Assembly: GCA_964637665.1 (NCBI GenBank)
Contig: CAZWUX010000005.1
Coordinates: forward strand, 932-41,471
Length of the DNA: 40,540 nt
Reading direction: 5' to 3'
From: an uncultured Anaerolineae bacterium
GTDB taxonomy: Bacteria; Chloroflexota; Anaerolineae; Aggregatilineales; UBA3940
Part shown: piece by piece, positions 7,526-16,155 of the stretch
Position numbering within the stretch: position 1 is the first letter of the stretch
Layout: each line of letters begins with the position of its first letter
Program-made: the position numbers and the translations under genes
The notes under the pieces: generated by a model
The model's database searches: none
Told to the model about the DNA's origin: nothing
The model's input: the letters and a program-made list of their open reading frames with translations, nothing else

Positions 7526-9700
7526 GTGGCTGAAGATACGCTGATCGGTCAGCAGCTCGGCCAGTTTTCGATTGAATATCCCATCCAGCACCTCGACGGT
7601 GCGACGTTTTACCGGGGGTTCCACTCACGGACCGGTGAGGCCGTCGTCGTGACCGTCTATCCGCCGGAACTGATCCCGGATGAGATCGCCGCGCAGCGCT
7701 ACGTCGAGCAGGTGGAGGCGCTGGCCCGGCTGGATCACCCTTACCTTGAGCCGGTGCTGGGCGGCGGGCAGTTCGATGGGCAGCCCTACCTCGTCGGCCC
7801 GCTGATGACCGGTCTGACGCTGGCCGAGCGCATCGAGAACGACGGTCCGCTCACGCCGGAGGCGCTCGTCCCGGTGCTGGAGCGGGTGGCGGATGCCCTC
7901 GACGCGCTGCACGCGCAGGGCGTCACGCACGGCAACGTCTCACCCGATACGATCTTCGAGGCGGGCACCGCCCACGTCCGGCTGGGCGGCCTGCTGCCGG
8001 AGGAGCTGCGGGCGGCCATCGCGGCGCGGGCGGGGCTGCCGGGCGGCGGCGATCCGGCTTATACGGCCCCGGAGATCACGCGCGGGATGCGCAAGACGAC
8101 CCCTGCCACAGACATCTACGCGCTGGGGGCGACGGCCTTCGAGGCGCTGACCGGGCAGCCCCCTTACGGCGGCGACGACCCCATCGAGCAGTTGATGAGC
8201 CATCTGAGCAACCCCGTCCCCTCCCTGATCGAGGTTCTGCCCGACCTGCCCTGGGCGGTCGACGTGGTGATCCGGCGCTCGCTCGCCAAGCGCCCCGCCG
8301 ACCGCTATGCGCAGGCCGGGGATTTCGCCCGCTCATTTGTCACGGCGGCGGAGCTGGCCCCCGGCCCCGACGCAACGCCGATTTTCCCGGAGGGCATGGG
8401 AAGCCCGGCAGCGCCGGGCGGCGGAGAGCCGCCCGAACTTCCCCCACACACGCCGCAGGGCTTCGGGCCGCCGGAGTCCGGGGGGCCGCGCCGGGGACGT
8501 TCCGGGCGGAGGCCGTCACGCCGGAGAGGCGCATCGTGGCCGGTGACCGTGATCACGATGCTCCTGTTCGTCGTGGCCTGGTTCACGGTGGGCGCGCTGA
8601 TCGGCCAGCAGGCGCGCGATCAGGTCGAGCTGCGCCAGATCGCCGCGCTCCGCGCGACGCGGACCCAGCAGGCGGGGACCTTCATGGCGGAGGCGACGGG
8701 CACACAGGCCGGGGTCTACGCAGGGGCGACGGCCACCCGGCAGATGGTCGATATGGCGACGGCGATAGCCGCCCCGGTCGACACCACACCCACGTCCGTG
8801 CCGACCGCTACCCTGACCCCCACGCCGATGCCGACCCCCACGCCGTTTGCGGGCAGTGGTGGGCTGATCGCCTACGTGACCGACCGCGACGGCGACCCGG
8901 AGATCTTCGTCTACGATCTGGCGATCGGCGAGGAAAAGCGCGTCACCGATAATATCGACATCGACGGCGCGCCCGCGTTTTCGCCGGATGGCCGCTTGTT
9001 GGCTTATCACTCCAACGCCACGGCGGGCGGGCGTCACATCTTCCTCGTTGCGATCGAGTGCGTCGACGCGCCGGAGGGATGCGAGAGCACCCGCCGCGAG
9101 CTGACGAGCGGGCCGCGCGTCGACTCGTGGCCCACGTGGTCGCCGGAAGGGGATCGCATCGTGTTCACCTCGCGCGAGAACGAGCGCTGGTGGTTCCGGT
9201 CGGTGACGCTAGCGGGCGAGGAGACGGAGCTTTCCCAGATCGTGGGCGACATGCGGCTGGTCGACTGGTCGCCGGACGGCATCCTGACGTTCTTCGGGCC
9301 GAACTTCGACGGCGGATTCGAGCTTCAACGGCTGCCCTACGACGGCATCTCGACGGAGCGCGAGCCGATCACAGGGTCGGGTGGCTCGATTGAATCCCTC
9401 GACTACTCGCCCGACCGCTCGACGATCATCTACTCGCAGTTGACGGGCGTCTCTCGCCAGTTGTTCATATCGGACGCAAGCTGCAACCTGATCGACCAGT
9501 GCGTGATCCGCCGGATCACGGACGACCGGTGGAACTACCGTATGCCCCGCTTCTCGCCGGACGGGACGCGCATCCTCACCAGCGCGAATTTGGAAGGCGA
9601 CTACTCACTTTATATACTCGATCTGCAAGGCAACGTGCTGGATAAGCTCGTCGGGCTGCCGGAGGATCAACCTCGCGGCGTGTGGCAGCCTGCGCCCTGA
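7526..9700 (+). CDS. Transmembrane pseudokinase paralogue with TolB-like beta-propeller
   Basis: Collinear with the upstream kinase, but the catalytic motifs are changed: G-loop is HLDGATFYR, VAVK is VVVT (T43), HRD is HGN (135-137) and DFG is LGG (153-155). APE is retained (YTAPE). TM helix VTVITMLLFVVAWFTVGALIG. PD40-type repeats FSPDG, WSPEG, WSPDG, YSPDR and FSPDG. GTG start 39 nt after the kinase stop. Confidence 0.85.
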   Translation: MAEDTLIGQQLGQFSIEYPIQHLDGATFYRGFHSRTGEAVVVTVYPPELIPDEIAAQRYVEQVEALARLDHPYLEPVLGGGQFDGQPYLVGPLMTGLTLAERIENDGPLTPEALVPVLERVADALDALHAQGVTHGNVSPDTIFEAGTAHVRLGGLLPEELRAAIAARAGLPGGGDPAYTAPEITRGMRKTTPATDIYALGATAFEALTGQPPYGGDDPIEQLMSHLSNPVPSLIEVLPDLPWAVDVVIRRSLAKRPADRYAQAGDFARSFVTAAELAPGPDATPIFPEGMGSPAAPGGGEPPELPPHTPQGFGPPESGGPRRGRSGRRPSRRRGASWPVTVITMLLFVVAWFTVGALIGQQARDQVELRQIAALRATRTQQAGTFMAEATGTQAGVYAGATATRQMVDMATAIAAPVDTTPTSVPTATLTPTPMPTPTPFAGSGGLIAYVTDRDGDPEIFVYDLAIGEEKRVTDNIDIDGAPAFSPDGRLLAYHSNATAGGRHIFLVAIECVDAPEGCESTRRELTSGPRVDSWPTWSPEGDRIVFTSRENERWWFRSVTLAGEETELSQIVGDMRLVDWSPDGILTFFGPNFDGGFELQRLPYDGISTEREPITGSGGSIESLDYSPDRSTIIYSQLTGVSRQLFISDASCNLIDQCVIRRITDDRWNYRMPRFSPDGTRILTSANLEGDYSLYILDLQGNVLDKLVGLPEDQPRGVWQPAP

Positions 9701-9720
9701 GTTGACTGGCGGATCGCGCT

Positions 9721-12051
9721 ATGCCATCCATCCGAATATTGTTTAAGCTGTTCTGGGACGATCTGCGCGACGATCTGCCGAGCCTGCTGCTGGTGGGCTT
9801 ATTGCTGCTCGTCGCGGCGTGGTCGGTCGTGGCTGCCGGGTGGGTCGAGGGGATCGGCCTGCTGCCTGCCGTCGTGCTGATCGGCCTGCTGATGGGCTAC
9901 CTGCTCGCCGTATCCCACTTCTCCGAATTATCCTCGCTCATCGCGTCGCTCGTATACGGCTGGTTCACGGTGTGGGCGCTGGCCGGGCGGCTTATCCCTG
10001 AGGCGGAGACCTTCCGTGAGCGCCTGCTTGAGCTGAACTTCCGCTTCGCAACGTGGGTCGAGCAGGCGCTGGGGGGCGGCTTCAGCCGGGATAACCTGAT
10101 CTTCCTGCTGCTCGTCTGTCTGCTGGGCTGGTATCTCAGCTTCAACGCGGCGTGGGCGCTGTTCCGGCGTCGGCGGCTGTGGCAGGCGACGGTGCCTATC
10201 GGGCTGGCGATGCTGATCAACGCCTACCAGATCGTCGGCCCGCTGCCCGTCGATCTCTATTTGATGATCTTCCTGCTGCTGACGCTGCTGCTCGCCGTCC
10301 GCACGAACGCCGTCAGCCGGGAACAGGTATGGCAGCACGCCGGGGCGGGGTTCAGACCGGATGCCCGCTTCGCGCTGTTCCGGGGTGGGGTGGCCGCCGT
10401 GATCGTGCTGCTGGCGCTGGCGTGGGTCACGCCCAAAGCGTCGGCCAACGAGGAGCTTGCCGCACTGTGGGAGGAACCACAGGGCCCCTGGTCGACGGTC
10501 GAGAAGACGTTCCAGCGTTTGTTCAACGCCGTCGAGAGTCAGGCCCCGCCAGCGGCCTCGTATTACGGCGGCGCGACGCTCTCGATGGGCGGGCCGATCC
10601 ACCTGAGCGATACCCCGGTCATGACCGTCTTCGCGCCGGGCGGCTACCGCTACTACTGGCGCTCGCGCGTGTTCGACACGTACACAGACGGTCAGTGGTG
10701 GGCGCGGCCCGATTCCCGGTCCGCATCCGACTTCGGCATCTTGCCGCAGGAGTCGAGCGAGGCCCCGCTGCTCCGGCGCAACGTCCAGCAGCGGTTCGTG
10801 TTGAGCCTGCCCTCGACGCGGCTGCTCTACGCGGCCCCCCAGCCCCAGTCCTTCGCGTCTCTCCCGGTGACGGCGGAGGTGATCTACACGACGCCCGGCA
10901 GCGACTTTGCGACGGTGTCTGCTGTTCAGGCCCGCAATACGCTGGAAGCGGGCGATGTCTACGGCGTCACGTCCGCGATCAGCATCGCCGATGAACTCAG
11001 CCTGCGTCAGGCCGGGACCAGCTACCCCGCCTGGGTCACGGATCACTACCTCGATCTGCCCCCGAACATCACCACCCGCACGCAGGACCTGGCCGCCGAG
11101 ATCGCCGTCGAAGCGGAGAACCCCTACGACGCCGCGCGGGCGGTCGAGACGTACCTGCGGGAGAATATCGCCTACAACGAGGCGGTTCAGCCCCCGCCGG
11201 AGGACGCGGAGCCGGTCGATTACGTGCTGTTCGAATCGCGGGAGGGCTACTGCACGTACTATGCCTCGGCCATGACCGTCATGCTGCGCTCGCTGGACAT
11301 CCCTGCGCGGATGGTGGCGGGGTTCTCGCAGGGCACGTTCGACCCGGAGCTGAACGGCTTCGTCGTGCTCGAATCGGACGCGCACACATGGGTGCAGGTC
11401 TACTTCCCCCGCTATGGCTGGATCGACTTCGAGCCGACGGCGGCGCGCGCGCCCATTGTGCGGCAGGAGCAGCTCAGCCTCGACGACCTGACGACGCCTG
11501 AGGAAACCGGCGCGATCCCTGAGGCGGCGGAGCCGGACGACGAGGGCAGCGGGATCGTCCTTGAGGATCGGGGGCAGGCGGGCTTCCAGGCTTCCCAGTT
11601 TGCGGAAAAGGGTGCCTTCTCGTGGATTCCGCCGCTGCTGCGCTGGCTCGTGCTGCTCGTGCTGCTCGCGGCGGGCGTTGTGGCCGGGCTGTGGTACTGG
11701 CGCATGGAGAGCGGTCTGCGCGGCCTCGGCGATGTGGCGCGGGGCTATGCCCGGCTGAACATCTTCGCACCCTGGCTGGGCGTCGACCTCTCGCAGAGCG
11801 ATACGCCCCACGAGCGCGTGCGGGCGTACCGGCAGGTTATCCCGGAGAGCGAAGGCCCGGTGCGGCGCATCGTCGATTTATACGTCGAGGAACAGTACAC
11901 GGAAGACCATCTGGGACAGCGCACGCTCGACGCCTACCGCCAGGCTCGCGACGCGTGGGACGAGGTGCGGAAGCGCGTGCTGCGGCTGGGGCTTCTCCGG
12001 CGCATCGGTCGGATGAACCCCTTCCGCGACCGGGACACGACGATCCGTTAG
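9721..12051 (+). CDS. Transglutaminase-like (TgpA-type) polytopic membrane protein
   Basis: N-terminal multi-TM region, then a transglutaminase core EGYCTYYASAMTVMLRSLDIPARMVAGF ... DAHTWVQVYFPRYGWIDFEPT (Cys-His-Asp triad context), then a further TM and a C-terminal helical domain. Starts 20 nt after the pseudokinase stop. Confidence 0.85.
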   Translation: MPSIRILFKLFWDDLRDDLPSLLLVGLLLLVAAWSVVAAGWVEGIGLLPAVVLIGLLMGYLLAVSHFSELSSLIASLVYGWFTVWALAGRLIPEAETFRERLLELNFRFATWVEQALGGGFSRDNLIFLLLVCLLGWYLSFNAAWALFRRRRLWQATVPIGLAMLINAYQIVGPLPVDLYLMIFLLLTLLLAVRTNAVSREQVWQHAGAGFRPDARFALFRGGVAAVIVLLALAWVTPKASANEELAALWEEPQGPWSTVEKTFQRLFNAVESQAPPAASYYGGATLSMGGPIHLSDTPVMTVFAPGGYRYYWRSRVFDTYTDGQWWARPDSRSASDFGILPQESSEAPLLRRNVQQRFVLSLPSTRLLYAAPQPQSFASLPVTAEVIYTTPGSDFATVSAVQARNTLEAGDVYGVTSAISIADELSLRQAGTSYPAWVTDHYLDLPPNITTRTQDLAAEIAVEAENPYDAARAVETYLRENIAYNEAVQPPPEDAEPVDYVLFESREGYCTYYASAMTVMLRSLDIPARMVAGFSQGTFDPELNGFVVLESDAHTWVQVYFPRYGWIDFEPTAARAPIVRQEQLSLDDLTTPEETGAIPEAAEPDDEGSGIVLEDRGQAGFQASQFAEKGAFSWIPPLLRWLVLLVLLAAGVVAGLWYWRMESGLRGLGDVARGYARLNIFAPWLGVDLSQSDTPHERVRAYRQVIPESEGPVRRIVDLYVEEQYTEDHLGQRTLDAYRQARDAWDEVRKRVLRLGLLRRIGRMNPFRDRDTTIR

Positions 12052-12176
12052 GCGGGCGCGATGTGCGGCCCCGTGACGAGCACATCGGCGCTGACCTCCG
12101 CCGACGCAGGGTTAGCTGCGCGTGGTGGTGTGCCAGCCGCGAGCGTTTCATTCCATAATATCCCGGTGCGTGCGGC

Positions 12177-13100
12177 CTACTCCAGAAACAGGTCGCCCTG
12201 CGCCACGATCACGACCTGCCCGCCGACCCGCACCTCGGTAATCATCCCCTCACGGATATCCACCTCGATGTCAAGCAGGCTGGGGCGGCCCATCTCGTAC
12301 CCCTGTTCGACGACCATGTGCGTCGTCGAGGCCTGCGCCTCGTAGTCGAACACGTTGTGCGCGAGCAGGTAAGCGCCCAGCGCGCCGCCCATGCTGCCCG
12401 TCGCCGGGTCCTCGAACACGCCGATCAGCGGGCCAAAATTCCGCGCGTGGGCGTGATGTGCCTTTTCGAGCGTCTCCAGCGTGAAAACCTCCGCGCCGGT
12501 CACGCTCATCGAGCGGCATATCTCGTTGAAGACGCCCACGTTCAGGTTAATGCGCTCGACGGCATCCAGCGAGGCCAGTGGGATGATCAGGCCGGGCAGC
12601 CCGGTCGAGAAAACCTGCGCGGGTAGATCGGGATGGATGTCGGTGGGCATCAGGCCCAGCGCCGCCGCCAGCCGCTCCTGATCGAGATACATCTCGCCGT
12701 GACGCGCCTCACCCTGCGTCATGACGGCGCGGTTGATCTCGCCGTTTGCGTCGGCGATGAGGTCAACCGGCAGCGTGCCGACCTTCACCTGCTGCCAGAT
12801 ACGTGTCACCGGGCCGCTGATGTCGTATCGATTCAGCCGCGCCAGCACGACGTGCGTGCCGATGGTCGGGTGCCCGGCAAATGGTAGTTCGGCGGAGGGC
12901 GTGAAGAAGCGTACCTGAACGTTGGCATCCGGATCGGTTGGGGGAAGGACGAAGCTCGTCTCCGAGAGGTTCATCTCGCGGGCGATCTTCTGCATCTCGT
13001 CGTCGCTAAGCCCTTCCGCATCAGGGAAAATAGCTACAGGGTTGCCGCCGAAGATCACGTCTGTGAACACGTCGGCCTGGATAAACTGGAAGCGTCTCAC
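12177..13100 (-). CDS. PhzF family isomerase-like protein
   Basis: The N-terminus FIQADVFTDVIFGGNPVAIFPDAEGLSDDEMQKIAREMNLSETSFVLP is typical of PhzF/YddE. GTG start with GGAGG 6 nt upstream. Confidence 0.85.
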   Translation of the reverse strand: MRRFQFIQADVFTDVIFGGNPVAIFPDAEGLSDDEMQKIAREMNLSETSFVLPPTDPDANVQVRFFTPSAELPFAGHPTIGTHVVLARLNRYDISGPVTRIWQQVKVGTLPVDLIADANGEINRAVMTQGEARHGEMYLDQERLAAALGLMPTDIHPDLPAQVFSTGLPGLIIPLASLDAVERINLNVGVFNEICRSMSVTGAEVFTLETLEKAHHAHARNFGPLIGVFEDPATGSMGGALGAYLLAHNVFDYEAQASTTHMVVEQGYEMGRPSLLDIEVDIREGMITEVRVGGQVVIVAQGDLFLE

Positions 13101-13202
13101 GCTTTGCCTCCGGGCGAAGAATGGGTGTCAGGCGTGAGCCATTCTACCACATTGGCCGGATGGGAGGAAGATGACTTTCGTACACAAGCCCGGTATCTAT
13201 CA

Positions 13203-15440
13203 TCACGGCTGGTGCATCCCGGCGGATTCCATATCGGCAGAACGCGCGAGCACGCGCTCTGTGCCCTGCCGGGCGATGGCGGCGTGTTCTGGGTCCCCGG
13301 CGGCGTTGTAGAAGGACTCTGCCCGCTCGAAGAGGTTGGCGGCTTTTTCGTACTGCTGCCGGGCTTCGTACGTCCCGGCTAGATTGTAAAGCGCGGTAGC
13401 CTCCCCTTTTGTGTCGCCCAGCGAGCGGTGGATGGCGAGCGCCTTGCGGTGCGCGTCATCCGCTTTTTCGTAGTCGCCTGCCATGTGCAGCGCCGCGCCG
13501 AGCCTGCCCCACAGCTTGCCCTCCTGTGCGTGGTCGCCCAACTGCTGCGCGGCGTGAATCGCGTCTTTGAGCGAGCCTGCCGCCGCCCGGTACTTTCCCT
13601 GCCGGTAGCGCGCCGCGCCGAGCGTGCTCAGGAACCGCGCGTGCTGCGCCTCGTGCTCGACGCGGTACAGCAGAGCCTCTTCGAGCAAACTCGCCGCGCG
13701 CTCCGCGTTGCCGAGCCGGTACGACACCTCGCCGAGCTTGCCGATAAACAGCCCGTACAACGTTTCGTCACTGGTGACGCGCGGCAGCGCGTCGGTCAGG
13801 TTGGCTGCGGCGGCCTCGTAGATGCCCATCTCATAATGCACGACCCCCATGTGCCCCTGGATGAACCCCTCCAGAAACGGATCGTCGATCTCCTCAAGGA
13901 TGGGCAGCGCGTCGACGAACTGGCTGAGCGCGTATTCGCGCTCGCCGGTGGCGGCGTAGATCCGCCCCAGGCAGGCCAGAACCGCCGCCTCGCTGCGATG
14001 GTCGCCAAGCTCACGGAAATGCACGAGCGCCTGCCAGTAATGGTTGATGGCCTCGCTGGTCTCGCCGCGCGCGTAAAGGTCGTGACCGATGCGGCTCAAC
14101 AAGCCTGCGATCTCGCGCTGGCTGCCCTGTTCCTCGGCTTCTAGCAGCTGGGCCTGAAGCGAGGCGAGCGGCGTCCCATCGCCGGGCGCTCCGGGGCTGA
14201 TGGGCAGCGATCCGGGGCCGGGTCGAGCCAGCCTTCTCGGTGTCTCTGCGGCTGGTACTGAGATGGATTCCGGCGGCCCGTCTCCGGGGCTGGCTTTCAG
14301 CGCTCCGGTTTCCAGCCACCAGGGCAGATCGCCGGGGTGGGCATGGCGCGGCTGCGGTGTGTCGACCTCGCTCCACGCTGGCGGCTGTTCGATAGGCGGT
14401 GGCTCGGCCTGCACAGGCGATTCGCCGGTTTCGCGGGTCGGGGATGGCACGTCCGGCGATGTGCTGTCCGTCGGCGGCGCGTCCACAGGCGGCGCATCCG
14501 GCAGTTTCGCCTCCGGCGGTGCCATATCGGGCAGTGTTGCCTCCGGTGATGCCATGTCCGGCAGTGTCACTTCCCGCAGAGGGGGCATGTCTTGCGGTAC
14601 TGCATCCGGTGGTGGGGCCTCCTGTGCTTCCGGGATCGTGGGCGTCGTGAGGCTCAAGTCGAGCAGCGTGCCCTCCAGATCGTCGTCCTGGGTGATGGGC
14701 GTGGCTGGCTCGAATTCTTCCGGCGGCGCTTCATCCTCCTGACTTTCCGGTTTTTCCCGCCGCGCGAACAACCTTGCGAAAAAGCCGCGCTTCTGCGCGT
14801 GCGGCTCGCCGCCGTCCCCGGCTGGCGTGGCTTCCGGGGGAGGCTCGTCGTACGGCAGATCATCCTGTTCCTCATCGAACAGACTATCGAAAAACTGGAA
14901 CTCCTCGACGGTCTGCCCCTGCTCGCCTTTCCCATCCCGAACACCGCCGGGCTCGTCGGGAATCTGCGGGGAGGAATCCTGCACGAGCGGCGCGAGACGC
15001 CGCGTTCGCTTCCCGACGAAATGCTGGAGCAGCCTGTCGACGCGCCCTTCCCCGCGACGGTCGGGCTTGAACAACCGCCGCGCCTGGGCGAGCCGGGCAG
15101 ACCGCACGAGTGTACCATCACGGTAGTGCCGGAACTCGATGAAATTCGTGACGAGCAGGTCGCCTTCCGGGGGGCCGACTTCGCCCTGCCAGCCCTGTTC
15201 GACCTCGTCGAGGTCTGTGGTGATCTCCTCGTACAGGATGTGGCCGGTGGGCTGCCCATCGACCAGAACGACGAGATCGGCGCTGCTGAAACCCGCCAGC
15301 GTCCGCACCGGGGCGGTCGTCACCCCCTCTGCGGTGGACGCGATCAGGGCCTTGAGCGGCTGGCGATACGCGGACGCGTCGTGCGTCCCCGCCTCGTACA
15401 AGCTACGAATCTTTATGAGGTAGCGGGCAATCTCGGCCAT
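13203..15440 (-). CDS. Three-part protein: N-terminal PD-(D/E)xK-like domain of the type IIG/BREX-methylase N-terminal kind (apparently degenerate), long acidic/Pro-rich linker, C-terminal TPR array
   Basis: The N-terminus SAYRQPLKALI...ADLVVLVDGQPTGHILYEEI...LLVTNFIEFRHYRDG matches my remembered pattern tE.tYR..l..Ll...PDf.i...iGyiEaK...lilTdyl.F.fYrdG. C-terminal TPR-like repeats include AINHYWQALVHFRELGD and EKADDAHRKALAIHRSLGD. Start chosen at the ATG at 15440 because AAGGAG lies 7 nt upstream; the ORF extends to 15467. Confidence 0.7.
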   Translation of the reverse strand: MAEIARYLIKIRSLYEAGTHDASAYRQPLKALIASTAEGVTTAPVRTLAGFSSADLVVLVDGQPTGHILYEEITTDLDEVEQGWQGEVGPPEGDLLVTNFIEFRHYRDGTLVRSARLAQARRLFKPDRRGEGRVDRLLQHFVGKRTRRLAPLVQDSSPQIPDEPGGVRDGKGEQGQTVEEFQFFDSLFDEEQDDLPYDEPPPEATPAGDGGEPHAQKRGFFARLFARREKPESQEDEAPPEEFEPATPITQDDDLEGTLLDLSLTTPTIPEAQEAPPPDAVPQDMPPLREVTLPDMASPEATLPDMAPPEAKLPDAPPVDAPPTDSTSPDVPSPTRETGESPVQAEPPPIEQPPAWSEVDTPQPRHAHPGDLPWWLETGALKASPGDGPPESISVPAAETPRRLARPGPGSLPISPGAPGDGTPLASLQAQLLEAEEQGSQREIAGLLSRIGHDLYARGETSEAINHYWQALVHFRELGDHRSEAAVLACLGRIYAATGEREYALSQFVDALPILEEIDDPFLEGFIQGHMGVVHYEMGIYEAAAANLTDALPRVTSDETLYGLFIGKLGEVSYRLGNAERAASLLEEALLYRVEHEAQHARFLSTLGAARYRQGKYRAAAGSLKDAIHAAQQLGDHAQEGKLWGRLGAALHMAGDYEKADDAHRKALAIHRSLGDTKGEATALYNLAGTYEARQQYEKAANLFERAESFYNAAGDPEHAAIARQGTERVLARSADMESAGMHQP
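14496..14588 (-). repeat. About three imperfect 30-nt in-frame tandem repeats in the linker of the TPR protein
   Basis: Plus-strand units atccggcagtttcgcctccggcggtgccat, atcgggcagtgttgcctccggtgatgccat and gtccggcagtgtcacttcccgc... encode LPDMASPEATLPDMAPPEAKLPD. Confidence 0.5.
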
Positions 15441-15654
15441 GCGCCTGCTCCTTCGAACGATTGCCATCCCGGCGGCTGGCCGGGGGCTGATAAGGGCATC
15501 CTGCGAGAGTATGATTCTATGACATTATATATTGGAACGGCTGGCCTCGCTTTCCCATTTCGCCGATGTTTGGCATCGTCGTCCCTTGAAGGCCGGTGCT
15601 TGCAAGGCTTATACTTGAAGCAGCCACCCCTGTTATAAAGAAGCGAGGAGTACC

Positions 15655-16050
15655 GTGCAGCGACTTCAGGTTCGGACGCAGCAGAGCAAGCAGGTCGTTG
15701 ACATCACCGGGCGGATAAACGGTCTGCTGGCTGACGCCGGGTTCGACTCCGGTGTCTGCCACCTGTTCATCACCCACACGACGGCGGCCCTCACGACGGC
15801 GGACCTCGACCCCGGCACGGATCGGGATATGCTCGATGCCTTCACGACGATGATCCCTGATCTCGATTATCGCCATCCACATAACCCCGCCCACGCGCCC
15901 GATCATATTCTGGCGACGCTGCTCGGCGCGTCGGTGACGGTTCCCGTCGAGGGCGGCAGGCTCGTGCTGGGGACGTGGCAGCGCGTCGTCCTGTTCGAGT
16001 TCGACGGGCCGCGCAGCCGCGAGGTCGTCGTGACGCTGACGGACGGCTGA
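15655..16050 (+). CDS. YjbQ/UPF0047 family protein (secondary thiamine-phosphate synthase-like)
   Basis: 131 aa with a family-typical layout: ...ITHTTAALTTADLDPGTDRDM...HP...APDHILATLLGASVTVPVEGGRLVLGTWQRVVLFEFDGPRSREVVV. GTG start preceded by GAGGAG. Confidence 0.85.
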   Translation: MQRLQVRTQQSKQVVDITGRINGLLADAGFDSGVCHLFITHTTAALTTADLDPGTDRDMLDAFTTMIPDLDYRHPHNPAHAPDHILATLLGASVTVPVEGGRLVLGTWQRVVLFEFDGPRSREVVVTLTDG

Positions 16051-16155
16051 TGCCCCGGCGCGTTTGGCATTCCATCCTGAAGTCGATAACATTAGCGGCG
16101 GGATACCTGCCTCATTTTTACCAGTACTCTGTGCAGCGGCGCGGCGGGAGGTTGT

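Noticed and set aside
9928-11811. A 627-aa minus-strand ORF opposite the transglutaminase gene. Similar long antisense ORFs occur at 17293-19059, 19147-20319, 14592-15638, 5465-6370 and 28480-29514.
   Set aside because: All lie antisense to genes with strong family motifs. All have Arg/Pro/Gly/Ala-biased translations without motifs. I consider them compositional artefacts.
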